From contig CBDDPY010000002.1 of NCBI GenBank assembly GCA_965232515.1, forward strand, positions 5,952,001 to 6,016,000: a stretch of DNA of 64,000 bases, written 5' to 3'. The stretch comes from Alphaproteobacteria bacterium. GTDB lineage: Bacteria; Pseudomonadota; Alphaproteobacteria; GCA-2731375. This document shows positions 38,058 to 48,341 of this stretch, in pieces; within the stretch, counting starts at the first letter, position 1, and each line of letters starts with the position of its first letter. The notes beneath the pieces were generated by a model. It worked only from the letters and a program-made list of their open reading frames with translations. It did not search any database and was not told the origin of the DNA. Made by a program: the position numbers and the translations under genes.

Positions 38058-38409
38058 GTTGCGATCACAGCGTGCTTTTGGCATGGGATAGACAGATAGG
38101 TAGCCTCATGCCAGCGATGTTCCGAGGGCGCGGCTTGAGGAAATCTATTCGCCGGCTGTTTTCGCTTTTTCGCTAATAAGGTTGAACACCAGGAACTTGC
38201 CGTTTGGCGTACCACAGGGGCTACAGGTGTTCGGGCATGTTAGGTCTTAGCGGGTGTTGGTCGAAGAGGCGTTTGGTCAGCGTCACGTCCGTGCTCGTTT
38301 CGGAACCGGGAAGGAGCAGGCATATTCACTCAACCGAAGGTTGTATATGTCAACGATAGCGACATCAACCAGGTGTTTGTAGTGCAGAATTACTGCATTT
38401 CACCATCAC

Positions 38410-38470
38410 TCTACGAAGGCACCAACGACATCCAGAATCTGGTGATTAGCCGGGCGTTGGCGGGGTGAGG
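38410..38470 (+). repeat. 61-bp direct repeat (right copy, displaced ACAD 3' fragment)
   Basis: 59/61 identical to 36505-36565 (AAG>AAT, ATC>ATT). Confidence 0.95.
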
Positions 38471-38504
38471 CCGTTCGAGAATTTCGTAAGGCTTCGATGC
38501 CGTT

Positions 38505-38652
38505 GCCCTCACCCCCCACGCGACCAAGGTCGCGCGGGTCCCCCCTCTCCCGCAAGCGAGAGAGGGAAAACATGCCGGAGAGGTAACGGCCCCTCTCCCG
38601 CTTGCGGGAGAGGGAGGGACCCGCGAGCGTCAGCTCGGGGGAGGGTGAGGGC
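38505..38652. repeat. REP composite, family B
   Basis: GCCCTCACCC...CCCTCTCCCGCAAGCG(A)GAGAGGG...CCCTCTCCCGCTTGCGGGAGAGGG...GGGTGAGGGC. Confidence 0.9.
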
Positions 38653-38654
38653 CT

Positions 38655-39725
38655 TTAAGGCCGAACGTCCAGGATGATGTTGAAGGGGGTTTCGGTGGCG
38701 CGGCGCACCGAAGTGAAGCCGGCCTCGGCCAGGACCTCCGAGAGACGTTTTTCGCCGGCTTGCGCGCCGAGGCCGAGGGCGACTTCCTGGGACAGCGAGT
38801 TCGGCGTGCAGATCGCGGTCGAGGCGGCGTAGTACATGCGGCCCACGGGATTGAGGTTATCCTCGACGCGGTCGCCGGCGAAGGGCTCGACCAGCAGCAC
38901 GCTGCCTTCCGGCGACAGCGCCGCGCGCGTGTGCCGGGCCGCGCCGACGGGGTCGCCGAGGTCGTGCAGGCAGTCCATGAAGCAGACGAGATCGTAGTTC
39001 CTGCCGGGGAAATCCTTGGCCGTGGCGACGTCGAAGGTGACCTGATTGGCGACGCCGGTTTCTTGCGCCCGTTGTCGGGCGGTCTTGATGGATTCTTCGT
39101 GGTAGTCGAAGCCGTGGAACACCGATTCCGGAAAGGCTTCGGCCATGACGATGGTCGAGGCGCCGTGTCCGCAGCCGATATCGGCGACCTTGGCGCCGGC
39201 CCTGAGCTTCTTCTCGACGCCTTCCAGCGCCGGGATCCACTCGGTCGTCAGATGCGCCCGGTAGCCGGTGCGGAAGAACGCTTCCGTGCCGCAGAACAGA
39301 CGGTGGTGATGCTCGTGCCAGCCGATGCCCTTGCCGGTGCGGAAGGCCTGGATAACCTTGTCCTCGTCGTGCCAGAGGCTGGAGGTGACGTCGAGGGCCG
39401 GGGCCATGAATACCGGGCTGTCTGATGTGGCGAGCACCATGGCGTGCTCCAGCGGCAGCTCGTAGGTGCGCACAGCAGGGTCGTAGGTGACGTAGCCGCC
39501 GGCGGCCTGGTTGTTGAGCCATTCGCGCACGTAGCGTTCGTGGGTGCCGGTCTCGTGCGCGAGCTCGGCCGACGTCATCGGCCCGGCGCCGGCCATGGCC
39601 CGGTAGAGGCCGAGCTTGTGACCGATATTGGTCAACACGCCCGAGATCGTCGCGCTCAACTCGGTGACGATCTGGCCGACGAAGGCCTCGATCCTGGCCT
39701 CGTCAAGCGGTGGTTGCGCTGTCAT
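38655..39725 (-). CDS. Class I SAM-dependent methyltransferase with N-terminal wHTH (Rv2258c-like)
   Basis: GHKLGLY, ERYVREWL, ADIGCGHG, DCLHD.GDP, TPFN. Confidence 0.9.
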   Translation of the reverse strand: MTAQPPLDEARIEAFVGQIVTELSATISGVLTNIGHKLGLYRAMAGAGPMTSAELAHETGTHERYVREWLNNQAAGGYVTYDPAVRTYELPLEHAMVLATSDSPVFMAPALDVTSSLWHDEDKVIQAFRTGKGIGWHEHHHRLFCGTEAFFRTGYRAHLTTEWIPALEGVEKKLRAGAKVADIGCGHGASTIVMAEAFPESVFHGFDYHEESIKTARQRAQETGVANQVTFDVATAKDFPGRNYDLVCFMDCLHDLGDPVGAARHTRAALSPEGSVLLVEPFAGDRVEDNLNPVGRMYYAASTAICTPNSLSQEVALGLGAQAGEKRLSEVLAEAGFTSVRRATETPFNIILDVRP

Positions 39726-40569
39726 GTCGTGTCTCCTTGGACTCGTGGGATGTGGGTTGGTCGTGCCGGACGAGATGCGCCTCGATCGCGGCATTGACCG
39801 GGTGGGGATGGCTGAGCGGCACCATGTGGCCGGCGCCGGGCACATTGAGGACGACGAGATTGGGCAGCGTCGCCTGCAACAGATCGGCGACGCAGTGCAT
39901 CGGATAGGTCGTGCCGCCGGCCCGGATCAGCAGCGTCGGCACCTGGAACGCGGGATAGAGGTTGAGATCGTCGGGCCGCTGTAGCATCGCCGGCCAGGCG
40001 GCGGCGATGGCCGGCATGGTCCGGACGATGGCGTCGCGGCGGTCGAGCGGCATGGACTGCCAGGCCGGCGTGCCGATCCAATAGCCCATGAACAGATCGG
40101 CGCAGGCCTGGAAGTCGCCGCGCGCGGCCGCCGCCATGTGGTCGTGCGCCAGGTCGCTGATCTCGCGCCAGGCCCGGGGATCGCCGTGCCGTCGCAGGGG
40201 CTCGAAGATCGTCGGCTCGACCAGGGTCAGGCTGAGCAGGTCGAGCCGACGATCGAGCGCCGCCTTGAGGCTGATGGCGGCGCCGTAAGAGTGGCCGACG
40301 AGATGGAACGGCGCGCCGATATGGTCGGCAAGGCCGGCGATCAGGGCCATGTCGTCGTCGCCCGGCAGCGCCGGCCGGTTCGGCGGCAGCTCGGTCAGGC
40401 CGTGCCCACAAAGATCGGGCACGATCACGCGATGGCGCCGAACCAGCTGTTCGCTCAGGCTGCGCCAGACGGCGCGCGAGCTGCCGCTGCCATGGACCAG
40501 GACCACCGGCGGCCCCGCGCCGGCGTCGACAAAGGCAAAGCTTATTCCGTCGATATCGATTTTCGGCAT
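39703..40569 (-). CDS. Alpha/beta hydrolase
   Basis: LVHGSG, DLCGHG, GHSYGA, GAGHM. Confidence 0.88.
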   Translation of the reverse strand: MPKIDIDGISFAFVDAGAGPPVVLVHGSGSSRAVWRSLSEQLVRRHRVIVPDLCGHGLTELPPNRPALPGDDDMALIAGLADHIGAPFHLVGHSYGAAISLKAALDRRLDLLSLTLVEPTIFEPLRRHGDPRAWREISDLAHDHMAAAARGDFQACADLFMGYWIGTPAWQSMPLDRRDAIVRTMPAIAAAWPAMLQRPDDLNLYPAFQVPTLLIRAGGTTYPMHCVADLLQATLPNLVVLNVPGAGHMVPLSHPHPVNAAIEAHLVRHDQPTSHESKETRHDSATTA

Positions 40570-40613
40570 CTGAAACCTCTTTCACGTTGAGTTCCTCAAC
40601 CCGTTGGCGCGGG

Positions 40614-40668
40614 ACCTTAGGCAGGGGGCGTGATCGGGCGCGCCGCAGGCTCGTGAAAAATGTGTTAA
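40614..40668 (-). promoter_or_regulatory. SARP/OmpR-type direct repeats plus -10 for the hydrolase-methyltransferase operon
   Basis: Minus strand: TAACA-N6-TCACG-N18-TCACG-N9-TAAGGT. Confidence 0.45.
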
Positions 40669-40733
40669 AGAAGCTCTGGGAGCGGGTTTGCATGACCGGC
40701 CGACCGGAAACGGCCGGCGGACGAGAGACAGAA

Positions 40734-42680
40734 ATGTCAGGCCTGCAATTTCGCTTCTTCGGCGGATTTGAGATTCTGGACGGCCGCGGCCAGGCGGTCG
40801 CCGTCAAGCCACGCAAGGCGCGCGCGCTGCTCGCCTATCTGGCGTTGCACGCCGGCGAGGCGCAGTCGCGCGACAAGCTCGGGGCGCTGCTCTGGGCCGA
40901 CAGCGCCAAGACCCAGGCCCGGTCCAGCCTGCGGCAGGCGCTGGCCAAGATCCGTTCGGCGATGCCGGAGGATGCTGTCGCCCTGCTGAACGTCGACAAC
41001 GAGACGGTTGCGCTGGCGGCCGATGGGCTGTGCGTCGATGCCGTCGAGTTCCGACGTCTGATCGCCGACGGCGCGCCGGACGCGTTGATCGAGGCAGTGG
41101 CACTCTATCGCGGCGACCTGCTGGAGGGCTTCGACGCCCGGGCGCCCGAATTCGACGACTGGCTGCGCGCCGAGGCCGAGGGGCTGCGGGGGCAGGCGTT
41201 GTCGGCGTTGTCGGCGCTGTTGAGCTGCGAGTCAGCGCAGGCCGTGGGCGCGCAGGCCAACCATCTCGTCAGCCGGCTGTTGGCGCTGGACCCGTTGAAC
41301 GAGACGGCGCACCGGGCGCTGATGCGGCTCTACGCGCGCCAGGGACGCCATGCCGCGGCGATCGAACAATACCGGCTGTGCCAGGATCACCTGCGGCGGC
41401 AGCTCGATGTGGCGCCGGAGGCCGAGACCCAGGCGCTCCATCGCGAGATCGTGGCGCAGCGGACATCACCCGCCGCCGAGGCCATGCCGGCGCCGGCCGT
41501 CGATGCCGGCAAGCCGTCCATCGCCGTGCTGCCCTTCGTCAATCTCGGCCACGATCCAGCGCAGGACATGGTCGCCGACGGCATGACCGAGGATCTGATC
41601 GGGCTGCTGTCAATGGTGAAGCCGTTATTCGTCATCGCGCGCAACTCGACGTGGTCCTACCGGCAGCGGACGACCGACGTGCGCGAGATCGGCCGCGACC
41701 TTGATGTGCGCTACGTGCTGGACGGCACTGTGCGCGCGGCCGGCGGCCGCATCCGCATCACCGCGCAGCTGATCGACTCGGGCACGGCGCAGCAGATCTG
41801 GGCCGAGCGCTATGATCGCGAGCTGTCGGACATTTTCGATCTGCAAGACGAGGTGGCGCAGGGCATCGTCGGCGCGCTGCAGCCGCATCTGCTGCTGGCG
41901 GAAGCGGCATTCGCGGATCGCAAGCGGCCGGCCGATCTCGACGCCTGGGGCTGCATCGCCAAAGCGACGACGAAACTTCGCGACTACAGCCGCGCCGCCA
42001 TCGACGCGGCCGAGCCCTTGGCTCGACAGGCGATCGAGATCGATCCCGATTTCGCGGCGGCGCACGGCATCCTGGGCAATATCCTGGCCTGGCGCAGCTA
42101 TAACGGCTTCGCCGACGACATCTTCGGCTGCGCAAAGACGGCGCTGGCGCATATCGACCGGGCGCTGGCGCTGGACCGGAGCGATCCGATGGTCCTGAAC
42201 GCGGCCGGCACCAGCTGCGTGCTGCTGGGCCGGTTTCTGCAGGCTCGGCCGTTGTTGCAGCGGGCCTACGAGCTCAATCCGAACGCCGCCATGACCTGCA
42301 CGTCGCTCGGCTGGGTGCTCGCGATCACCGGCCGCGCCGAGGACGGCCTGGCGCTGGTCGAGCGCGCCATGCGGCTAAGCCCGAAGGATCCAAACGCCTA
42401 TCTCTTTCATGCGGACCGGGCGAGCTGCCTTTATTTCGCCGAGCGTTTCGACGCGGCGATAGACGCGGCGGAGATGGCCTTGCGGCTGCACTCCGACTAC
42501 AGCGCCCCGCGATTGATCCTGGTGGCGACGCTGGTGCGGCTCGACCGGCTGGCGGAGGCGCGCCGGGAAGCCGAGAAGCTGCGCACGGTCGCGCCGACGG
42601 CGATGGAGAACGTGTTCCGCGCCCGCACCGACGGCACGGTCTGGCCGTTTCTGACGGAGGCAATACGGGTGGCGAGCTAG
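40734..42680 (+). CDS. SARP-type regulator (wHTH + BTAD + TolB-like + TPR)
   Basis: KARALLAYLAL, SLRQAL, LYRGDLL, DPLNE.AHRALM, PSIAVLPF, WAERYD, TPR repeats. Confidence 0.92.
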   Translation: MSGLQFRFFGGFEILDGRGQAVAVKPRKARALLAYLALHAGEAQSRDKLGALLWADSAKTQARSSLRQALAKIRSAMPEDAVALLNVDNETVALAADGLCVDAVEFRRLIADGAPDALIEAVALYRGDLLEGFDARAPEFDDWLRAEAEGLRGQALSALSALLSCESAQAVGAQANHLVSRLLALDPLNETAHRALMRLYARQGRHAAAIEQYRLCQDHLRRQLDVAPEAETQALHREIVAQRTSPAAEAMPAPAVDAGKPSIAVLPFVNLGHDPAQDMVADGMTEDLIGLLSMVKPLFVIARNSTWSYRQRTTDVREIGRDLDVRYVLDGTVRAAGGRIRITAQLIDSGTAQQIWAERYDRELSDIFDLQDEVAQGIVGALQPHLLLAEAAFADRKRPADLDAWGCIAKATTKLRDYSRAAIDAAEPLARQAIEIDPDFAAAHGILGNILAWRSYNGFADDIFGCAKTALAHIDRALALDRSDPMVLNAAGTSCVLLGRFLQARPLLQRAYELNPNAAMTCTSLGWVLAITGRAEDGLALVERAMRLSPKDPNAYLFHADRASCLYFAERFDAAIDAAEMALRLHSDYSAPRLILVATLVRLDRLAEARREAEKLRTVAPTAMENVFRARTDGTVWPFLTEAIRVAS

Positions 42681-42712
42681 GTTTGGAATGGCGGTGAGGC
42701 GTCGCAGCCGCT

Positions 42713-42837
42713 GCCCTCACCCCAACCCTCTCCCGCAAGCGGGAGAGGGGGCCGCGACCGCTGCGGTTTGTAGCCCCTCTCCCGCTTGCGGGAGAGGGAG
42801 GCGCCCAATCAGCGTTAGCTGGTGGGGGGGTGAGGGC
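42713..42837. repeat. REP composite, family B
   Basis: GCCCTCACCCCAACCCTCTCCCGCAAGCGGGAGAGGG...GGGTGAGGGC between convergent genes. Confidence 0.9.
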
Positions 42838-44480
42838 TAACGGCCGAAGCATTTCGCCTCTTCGCGCAGCTTGAATTTCTGGATCTTGCCGCTGGGGGTG
42901 CGGGGGAGTTCGGTGCGGAGCTCCAGGCGTTCGGGCAGGTAGGCCTTGGCGGTGCCCTGGTCGAGCAGGAATTGGGCGAGGTCGGGCAGGGTGACGTCCG
43001 TGCCGGGCTTCGGGACCAGGAAGGCGCAGGCGCGTTCGCCCAGGCGCTGATCGGGCATGCCGACGATGGCGACCTCGGCGACGGCCGGGTGCTTGTAGAG
43101 CAGGTCTTCGATCTCGATCACCGGCACGTTCTCGCCGCCGCGCAGGACGATGTCCTTGGCGCGGCCGGTGATGCGGATGAAGCCGTCTTCGTCCATGCGG
43201 GCGCGGTCGCCGGTGTCGAACCAGCCGTTTTTGTCCATGCCGTAGAGCTCGGGCTTCTTCAGGTAGCCGACGAACATGGAGGTCGATTTCGCTTTTAGAA
43301 ATCCTTCGGTGTTCGGCGGCACGGGCTTGTTGTCGGCGTCGACGACGACGACCTCGGCGCAGGATACGGCGCGGCCGTCCGTGGTGGACGAGCGTTCGGC
43401 CGGATCGTCGGGATAGCAGGTGGTGAGCAGGCCGTTCTCGCTCATGCCCCAGCCGGAGAGCACACCGATTCCGGCCTCGTTGCGCGCGCGCACCACGAGC
43501 GAACTCGGGATCGGCGCGCCGGCGGAGACGAAGCAGCGCAGGGATGTCAGATCGAACTCGGCGCGGCCCGGCAGATCGACCAGATCGGCCAGGAACGGCG
43601 TTGCCGCCAGCACGAAGCTGGCGCCGTGTCGCTGGACGATCTCGGCGCCTTTGCGCGGCTCCCACCGGTCCTGGATGACGGCGCTTGCGCGAAGCGTGAT
43701 CGGCAGCCAGATGCTGTGCAGATAGCCGGTCTGGTGCGCCTGGGGCGAGGGCATCCAGACCACATCGTCGGCGCCAAGGCCCAGCGTGCGGCAGAGCGGA
43801 CCGAGGATCGAGATCAGCGTGTTGTGGGTGTGCATCACGCCCTTGGGCTCGCCCGTCGTGCCCGAGGTGTAGAGCAGCTGGGCCACGTCGTTCGGGTTCG
43901 GGCGGCTGGCGGCGAGCCGCGCGTCGGCGTCAGGCGCCACCTCACGCTCCTGCTCGAGGAAGACCGGCTCGAAGGCCGCCTCACCGCTGCCGCCGATATG
44001 GAAGACGTGTTCCAGCGCCGGCAGGTCGGGGCGAAGGCCGTCGATCAGGCCCGTGTAATCGAAGCCGCGGAAGACGGTCGGTGCGATCAACAGCCTGGCT
44101 TCCGCGAAGCCCAGCATGTAGCGCAGCTCGCGCTCGCGGAAAATCGGCATCAGCGGATTGGTGATGGCGCCGATGCGGATGCAGGCGAGGGTGATGACGC
44201 CGAACTGCCACCAGTTCGGCAGCTGGTAGGCGACGATGTCGCCGGGTCGGATGCCGAGGTCGAGCAGGCCGAGCGCGACGCGGCGCGACAGCCGGTCGAG
44301 ATCGGCATAGGTGAGCGTGGTCGAGGTCTCGGTCTCGCCGTTGTAGTCCGTGACCGCCGGCTTGTCGGGCACCGCCGCCGCGGCGTCATCGAGATAATCG
44401 GTGATCAGCCGGTCGCGCCAAGCGCCGCTTTCGCGCATCGCGGCGACGCGGCTCTCGGGCAGGATCGCTTGCAGGTCCAT
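42837..44480 (-). CDS. aliA: Cyclohexanecarboxylate-CoA ligase-like acyl-CoA synthetase
   Basis: QLPNWWQF, YTSGTTGEPKGVMH, WGMSE, GWFDTGD, RGGENVP, SGKIQKF; adjacent to a badH-like gene. Confidence 0.75.
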   Translation of the reverse strand: MDLQAILPESRVAAMRESGAWRDRLITDYLDDAAAAVPDKPAVTDYNGETETSTTLTYADLDRLSRRVALGLLDLGIRPGDIVAYQLPNWWQFGVITLACIRIGAITNPLMPIFRERELRYMLGFAEARLLIAPTVFRGFDYTGLIDGLRPDLPALEHVFHIGGSGEAAFEPVFLEQEREVAPDADARLAASRPNPNDVAQLLYTSGTTGEPKGVMHTHNTLISILGPLCRTLGLGADDVVWMPSPQAHQTGYLHSIWLPITLRASAVIQDRWEPRKGAEIVQRHGASFVLAATPFLADLVDLPGRAEFDLTSLRCFVSAGAPIPSSLVVRARNEAGIGVLSGWGMSENGLLTTCYPDDPAERSSTTDGRAVSCAEVVVVDADNKPVPPNTEGFLKAKSTSMFVGYLKKPELYGMDKNGWFDTGDRARMDEDGFIRITGRAKDIVLRGGENVPVIEIEDLLYKHPAVAEVAIVGMPDQRLGERACAFLVPKPGTDVTLPDLAQFLLDQGTAKAYLPERLELRTELPRTPSGKIQKFKLREEAKCFGR

Positions 44481-44496
44481 GACGGACCGCGCCGGT

Positions 44497-45246
44497 CTAG
44501 TCGGCCATGGTCAGGCCGCCGCTGACGCTCAACACCTGGCCGGTGACATACGTGGACATGTCGCTGGCGAAGAACAGGATCGCGTCCGCGATCTCGTCCG
44601 GTTGGCCGAACCGGCGGAACGGGATCGCCCGCTCCAGCGCCTCCTGCAGGCGCTCGGGCTGGGAACGCAGCAGCGGCGTATCGGTCGGGCCCGGGCAGAC
44701 CACGTTGACGTTGATCTTGAAGCGCGCCATCTCGCGGGCGAGCGACTTGGAGAAGGCGATGATGCCGCCCTTGGCGCCGGCATAGACGGTCTCGCCGGAG
44801 CTGCCGACGCGGCCGGCGTCGCTGGAAACGCTGACGATCTTGCCGCCCTGAGCCTCGATCATGCCGGGCAGGAAGGCGCGGGTGAAGCGGATCGGTCCAT
44901 GCAGATTGATATCGATCACCTTGTCCATGAATTCGTCGGTGTTGTCCATGAACGGCTCGCCGCGGTCCCAGCCGGCGACGTTGGCGACGATGTCGGCGTG
45001 GCCGACCTGGCCCAGCACGTTCTGGGCGAAGGCGGCGATTGAGGCGCGGTCGGCGAGGTCGAGGGGGATGAATTCGAGACGGCCGCTGGCGCCGTCCGCC
45101 ATGGCGACGGTCTGGGCCGCCTGCTCGGCATTGACGTCGCCGAAGAACACACGCGCGCCGGCGCGGGCGAACTTCAGCACGGTGGCCCGGCCGATGCCGG
45201 AGGCGCCACCGGTGGCGACCACGGTCTTGCCGTCGAAGTCGATCAT
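44497..45246 (-). CDS. badH: SDR, 2-hydroxycyclohexanecarboxyl-CoA dehydrogenase-like
   Basis: TGGASGIG, AGWD, SDAGRVGSSGETVYAGAKGG, CPGPTDT, SVSGGLTM. Confidence 0.75.
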   Translation of the reverse strand: MIDFDGKTVVATGGASGIGRATVLKFARAGARVFFGDVNAEQAAQTVAMADGASGRLEFIPLDLADRASIAAFAQNVLGQVGHADIVANVAGWDRGEPFMDNTDEFMDKVIDINLHGPIRFTRAFLPGMIEAQGGKIVSVSSDAGRVGSSGETVYAGAKGGIIAFSKSLAREMARFKINVNVVCPGPTDTPLLRSQPERLQEALERAIPFRRFGQPDEIADAILFFASDMSTYVTGQVLSVSGGLTMAD

Positions 45247-45262
45247 GTTTTCCTCCCTGACA

Positions 45263-45922
45263 TCATGTTGTTTCAGCGAACGCCTGTCGTTGCAGCCGGC
45301 GTCGGCCGCGCGGCGTCAACACGCTATCGAGCAGCAGGTCGAGGCCGTCGTCGAGGTATTGTTCGAGAGTCATCAGATCGGCAAAGCGCCAGCGCTTCAA
45401 CGCCCAGCTGTGCGCGAACATCACGATCTGATAGGTGAAGAGCTCGACATTGATCTCGCGGATCAGGCCGGCCGCCATGCAATCACGGATGCAGGCGGCG
45501 ATCAGTTCGTTGGTCTCGAGTTCCTTGGCCTTGATCAGCTCGCGATGCTCGGGGCGAAGCGACTTGGTCTCGCGGTAGGCGAGCACCGTGGCGTCGATAT
45601 TCCGGTCTATGACCTGGCAGTAGGCCGTCGCCGCGGCGCGAAAGCGCAGCATCGGATCCTCGACGTCGCGCAGCGCCGCCGGAATCGCGCGCAGGTAGCC
45701 GTTCAGGACCTCGTCCAGCGCCAGCAGCAGCACGTCCTCCTTGTCGCGCACGTATTGATAGATCAAGCCGATGCTGACATCGGCGAGCGAGGCGATATCG
45801 CGGATGGTCGTGCGGTGATAGCCGTAGCGTCCGAACAGCTCGATCGCCGCGGCGACGATCTGGGCCCGGCGTTTTTCGATCAGATGCGGATCATCGACCC
45901 GGCTTTGTACGCTTGCGACCAT
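45263..45922 (-). CDS. TetR/AcrR family transcriptional regulator
   Basis: N-terminal HTH AAIELF..YGYH.TTIRDIA..ADVSIGLIYQY..KE. Confidence 0.9.
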   Translation of the reverse strand: MVASVQSRVDDPHLIEKRRAQIVAAAIELFGRYGYHRTTIRDIASLADVSIGLIYQYVRDKEDVLLLALDEVLNGYLRAIPAALRDVEDPMLRFRAAATAYCQVIDRNIDATVLAYRETKSLRPEHRELIKAKELETNELIAACIRDCMAAGLIREINVELFTYQIVMFAHSWALKRWRFADLMTLEQYLDDGLDLLLDSVLTPRGRRRLQRQAFAETT

Positions 45923-45965
45923 GCCTGCCTGTTGCTTGACTCGACTGCCGTTTTTCACTGCAATG

Positions 45966-45983
45966 TGAATGAATGTTCGTTCA
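45966..45983. promoter_or_regulatory. Probable TetR operator
   Basis: Imperfect palindrome TGAATGAA-TG-TTCGTTCA between divergent tetR and hydratase genes. Confidence 0.55.
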
Positions 45984-46084
45984 GTGAAGTTTCCCTTGCC
46001 GGCGACGCGGGCGTCAAGGCCGCTGCGTCATTGCGAGGACGCTGCTGAACGAGGCGATGGAAATTTCTCAGAGGCAGAGGCGCA

Positions 46085-46933
46085 ATGGGCTTTTCGGCGA
46101 ACCGCCAGAATATCGACTTCACCACCTACAAGCCGGACAGCTTTCTCTGGTCGTACGAGGACCGGGTGGCGACGATCACGCTGAACCGGCCGGAGCGCAA
46201 GAACCCGATCACGTTCGAATCCTACGCCGAGATGCGCGACACCTTCCGGGCGCTGCAATATGCCGACGAGGTGAAGGCGGTAGTGGTGACGGGCGCCGGC
46301 GGCAACTTCTGCTCGGGCGGCGATGTGCACGAGATCATCGGGCCGCTGGTCGAGCTGAAGAACGACGGCCGCATGGACAAGCTGCTGGAATTCACCCAGA
46401 TGACCGGCGACCTGATCAAGGCCATGCGGGCCTGCCCGCAGCCGATCGTCGCTTCCATCGACGGCATCTGCGCCGGCGCCGGGGCTTGCATCGCCATGGC
46501 GAGCGACATGCGCCTGGGCACGGCGGCCAGCAAGGTGGCGTTCCTGTTCGTCCGCGTCGGCCTCTGCGGTGCCGACATGGGCGCCTGCAACATGCTGCCG
46601 CGGATCATCGGCGCCGGCCGGGCCGCCGAGATCCTCTATACCGGCCGCAGCATGTCGGGCGAGGAGGCCGAGCGTTGGGGCTTCTATAACCGGATCTGCG
46701 AACCGGACGAGGTGTTGGCCGAGGCGCAGAAGCTGGCGCACAGCCTGGCCTACGGGCCGACCTTCGCGCACGGCATGACCAAGAAGGCGATTCACCAGGA
46801 ATGGGCCATGACGGTCGACGAAGCGATCGATTTCGAGGCCGAGATCCAGGCGATCTGCATGCAGACCGAGGATTACGCCCGGGCCTACAACGCCTTCGTC
46901 GCCAAGCAGCGGCCGGTGTTCGAGGGGAATTGA
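46085..46933 (+). CDS. Enoyl-CoA hydratase/isomerase family protein
   Basis: [30 protein letters not shown]. Confidence 0.9.
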   Translation: MGFSANRQNIDFTTYKPDSFLWSYEDRVATITLNRPERKNPITFESYAEMRDTFRALQYADEVKAVVVTGAGGNFCSGGDVHEIIGPLVELKNDGRMDKLLEFTQMTGDLIKAMRACPQPIVASIDGICAGAGACIAMASDMRLGTAASKVAFLFVRVGLCGADMGACNMLPRIIGAGRAAEILYTGRSMSGEEAERWGFYNRICEPDEVLAEAQKLAHSLAYGPTFAHGMTKKAIHQEWAMTVDEAIDFEAEIQAICMQTEDYARAYNAFVAKQRPVFEGN

Positions 46934-47073
46934 GCCCGGCCCGGTAACATGTGAAGCTATCCGACGAATCTTCCTGAGGAGAAATGTGTACGCGTCCGGG
47001 TAACGAGATCCACACCGGACGAATAATCAAAACCAGGCATCGAAATCGATGACCACAGTGGGAGGAGGCGATA

Positions 47074-48249
47074 ATGAAACGTATTGTGACGTCCTTTGCG
47101 GCGGCCGGGCTGACGCTCGCCGCCGGTTACGGCGCCGCCAGCGCCGATGAGATCAAGATCGGTGTGCTGTATCCGACATCCGGCGGCGGCGCCATCTACG
47201 GCGGACCGGCCATGCAGGGCCACGACCTGGCGGTCGAGGAGATCAACGCGGCCGGTGGCGCCAGCGGCGCCAAACTGGTCACGGTGGCTCGCGACAGCAA
47301 GCTGAACCCGGCCGCGGCGGCCGCGGCGGCGAAGGAGCTGATCACCAAGGAGGGCGTCAACGTTCTGATCGGCGGACTGGCCTCCTCGGTCGGCCTGGCG
47401 ATTTCGGAAGTGGCGCGGCAGGAAAAGGTCATCTACATCGCGACCATTCCGAAGAGCATCAAGATCACGCGCGAGAAGCTGCACCCCTATGTTTTCCGCA
47501 CCGCGTCCAACACCGATTTCGAAGGCGACGCGCTGGCGCAGATGGTGAAACAGGTCGACGGCAAGAAGATCTGCGACGTTCAGCTCGACTACGCCTACGG
47601 CCACGATCTGGCCGACGGCTTCATCAAGGCGTTGCCGTCGCACGCGCCGGACGCCGAGATCGTGCTGACGTTGCGGCCGAAGCTGGGCGCCACCGACTTC
47701 AACGCCTATGTCACGCAGATCATGGGCTCGGGCTGCGACACGGTCGTCAGCGGCCTGTGGGGCAACCACTTCGTCAACCTGGCGAAGCAGGGCGCGCCGT
47801 TCGGCCTGTTCAACCAGGTCACCTACATCTCGGGTGGCGAGATCGCCAGCCACGAGATCGCCGGCAAGATGGGCGCCGATTATCCGGATAACGTGGTCAG
47901 CAACACCTACGAGCTCTGGTACCACTCGCCGACGGACGCGCATAAGAAGTTCCAGGCGCGCCTGGCCGAGAAGGCCGGCACCGAGGAAACGGCGATGTGG
48001 CCGATGCTGGCCTATAACGGCGTCATGTTCTACAAGGCCGCGGTCGAGAAGGCCGGCAGCACCGACGCCGATAAGGTCGTCGAGGCGCTGAGAGGCCTGA
48101 CCATCGATACGCCCGTCGGTCCGCTGACCATCAACGCCAAGGACCACCAGGCCAATACAGGTCAGTTCTGGGGCCCGATGAAGAAGCAGGCGGGTCGCAA
48201 ATACCGCATGATGGATCCGGTCACCTATATCCCGCCGCCCGGCGAGTGA
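47074..48249 (+). CDS. Branched-chain amino acid-type ABC substrate-binding protein
   Basis: Signal peptide; IKIGV, EINAAGG, YVFR, DYAYG. Confidence 0.9.
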   Translation: MKRIVTSFAAAGLTLAAGYGAASADEIKIGVLYPTSGGGAIYGGPAMQGHDLAVEEINAAGGASGAKLVTVARDSKLNPAAAAAAAKELITKEGVNVLIGGLASSVGLAISEVARQEKVIYIATIPKSIKITREKLHPYVFRTASNTDFEGDALAQMVKQVDGKKICDVQLDYAYGHDLADGFIKALPSHAPDAEIVLTLRPKLGATDFNAYVTQIMGSGCDTVVSGLWGNHFVNLAKQGAPFGLFNQVTYISGGEIASHEIAGKMGADYPDNVVSNTYELWYHSPTDAHKKFQARLAEKAGTEETAMWPMLAYNGVMFYKAAVEKAGSTDADKVVEALRGLTIDTPVGPLTINAKDHQANTGQFWGPMKKQAGRKYRMMDPVTYIPPPGE

Positions 48250-48341
48250 CCGGCGTTTTGTCCGACGTTTAGCGGTTCGCCGCGCTCCCCGGCCCACGCG
48301 GCCGGCGGGGCGCGGTCCGCGCCCCTGCTGCGGATCATTCC

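Larger units (their letters stand above)
36566..38409. mobile_element. Low-GC genomic islet inserted at the ACAD 3' end (no integrase)
   Basis: Abrupt AT-rich shift bounded exactly by the 61-bp direct repeats. Confidence 0.85.

Noticed and set aside
38058-38409. Possible third islet gene or integrase remnant
   Set aside because: All frames I translated are short or interrupted and show no recognisable motif.
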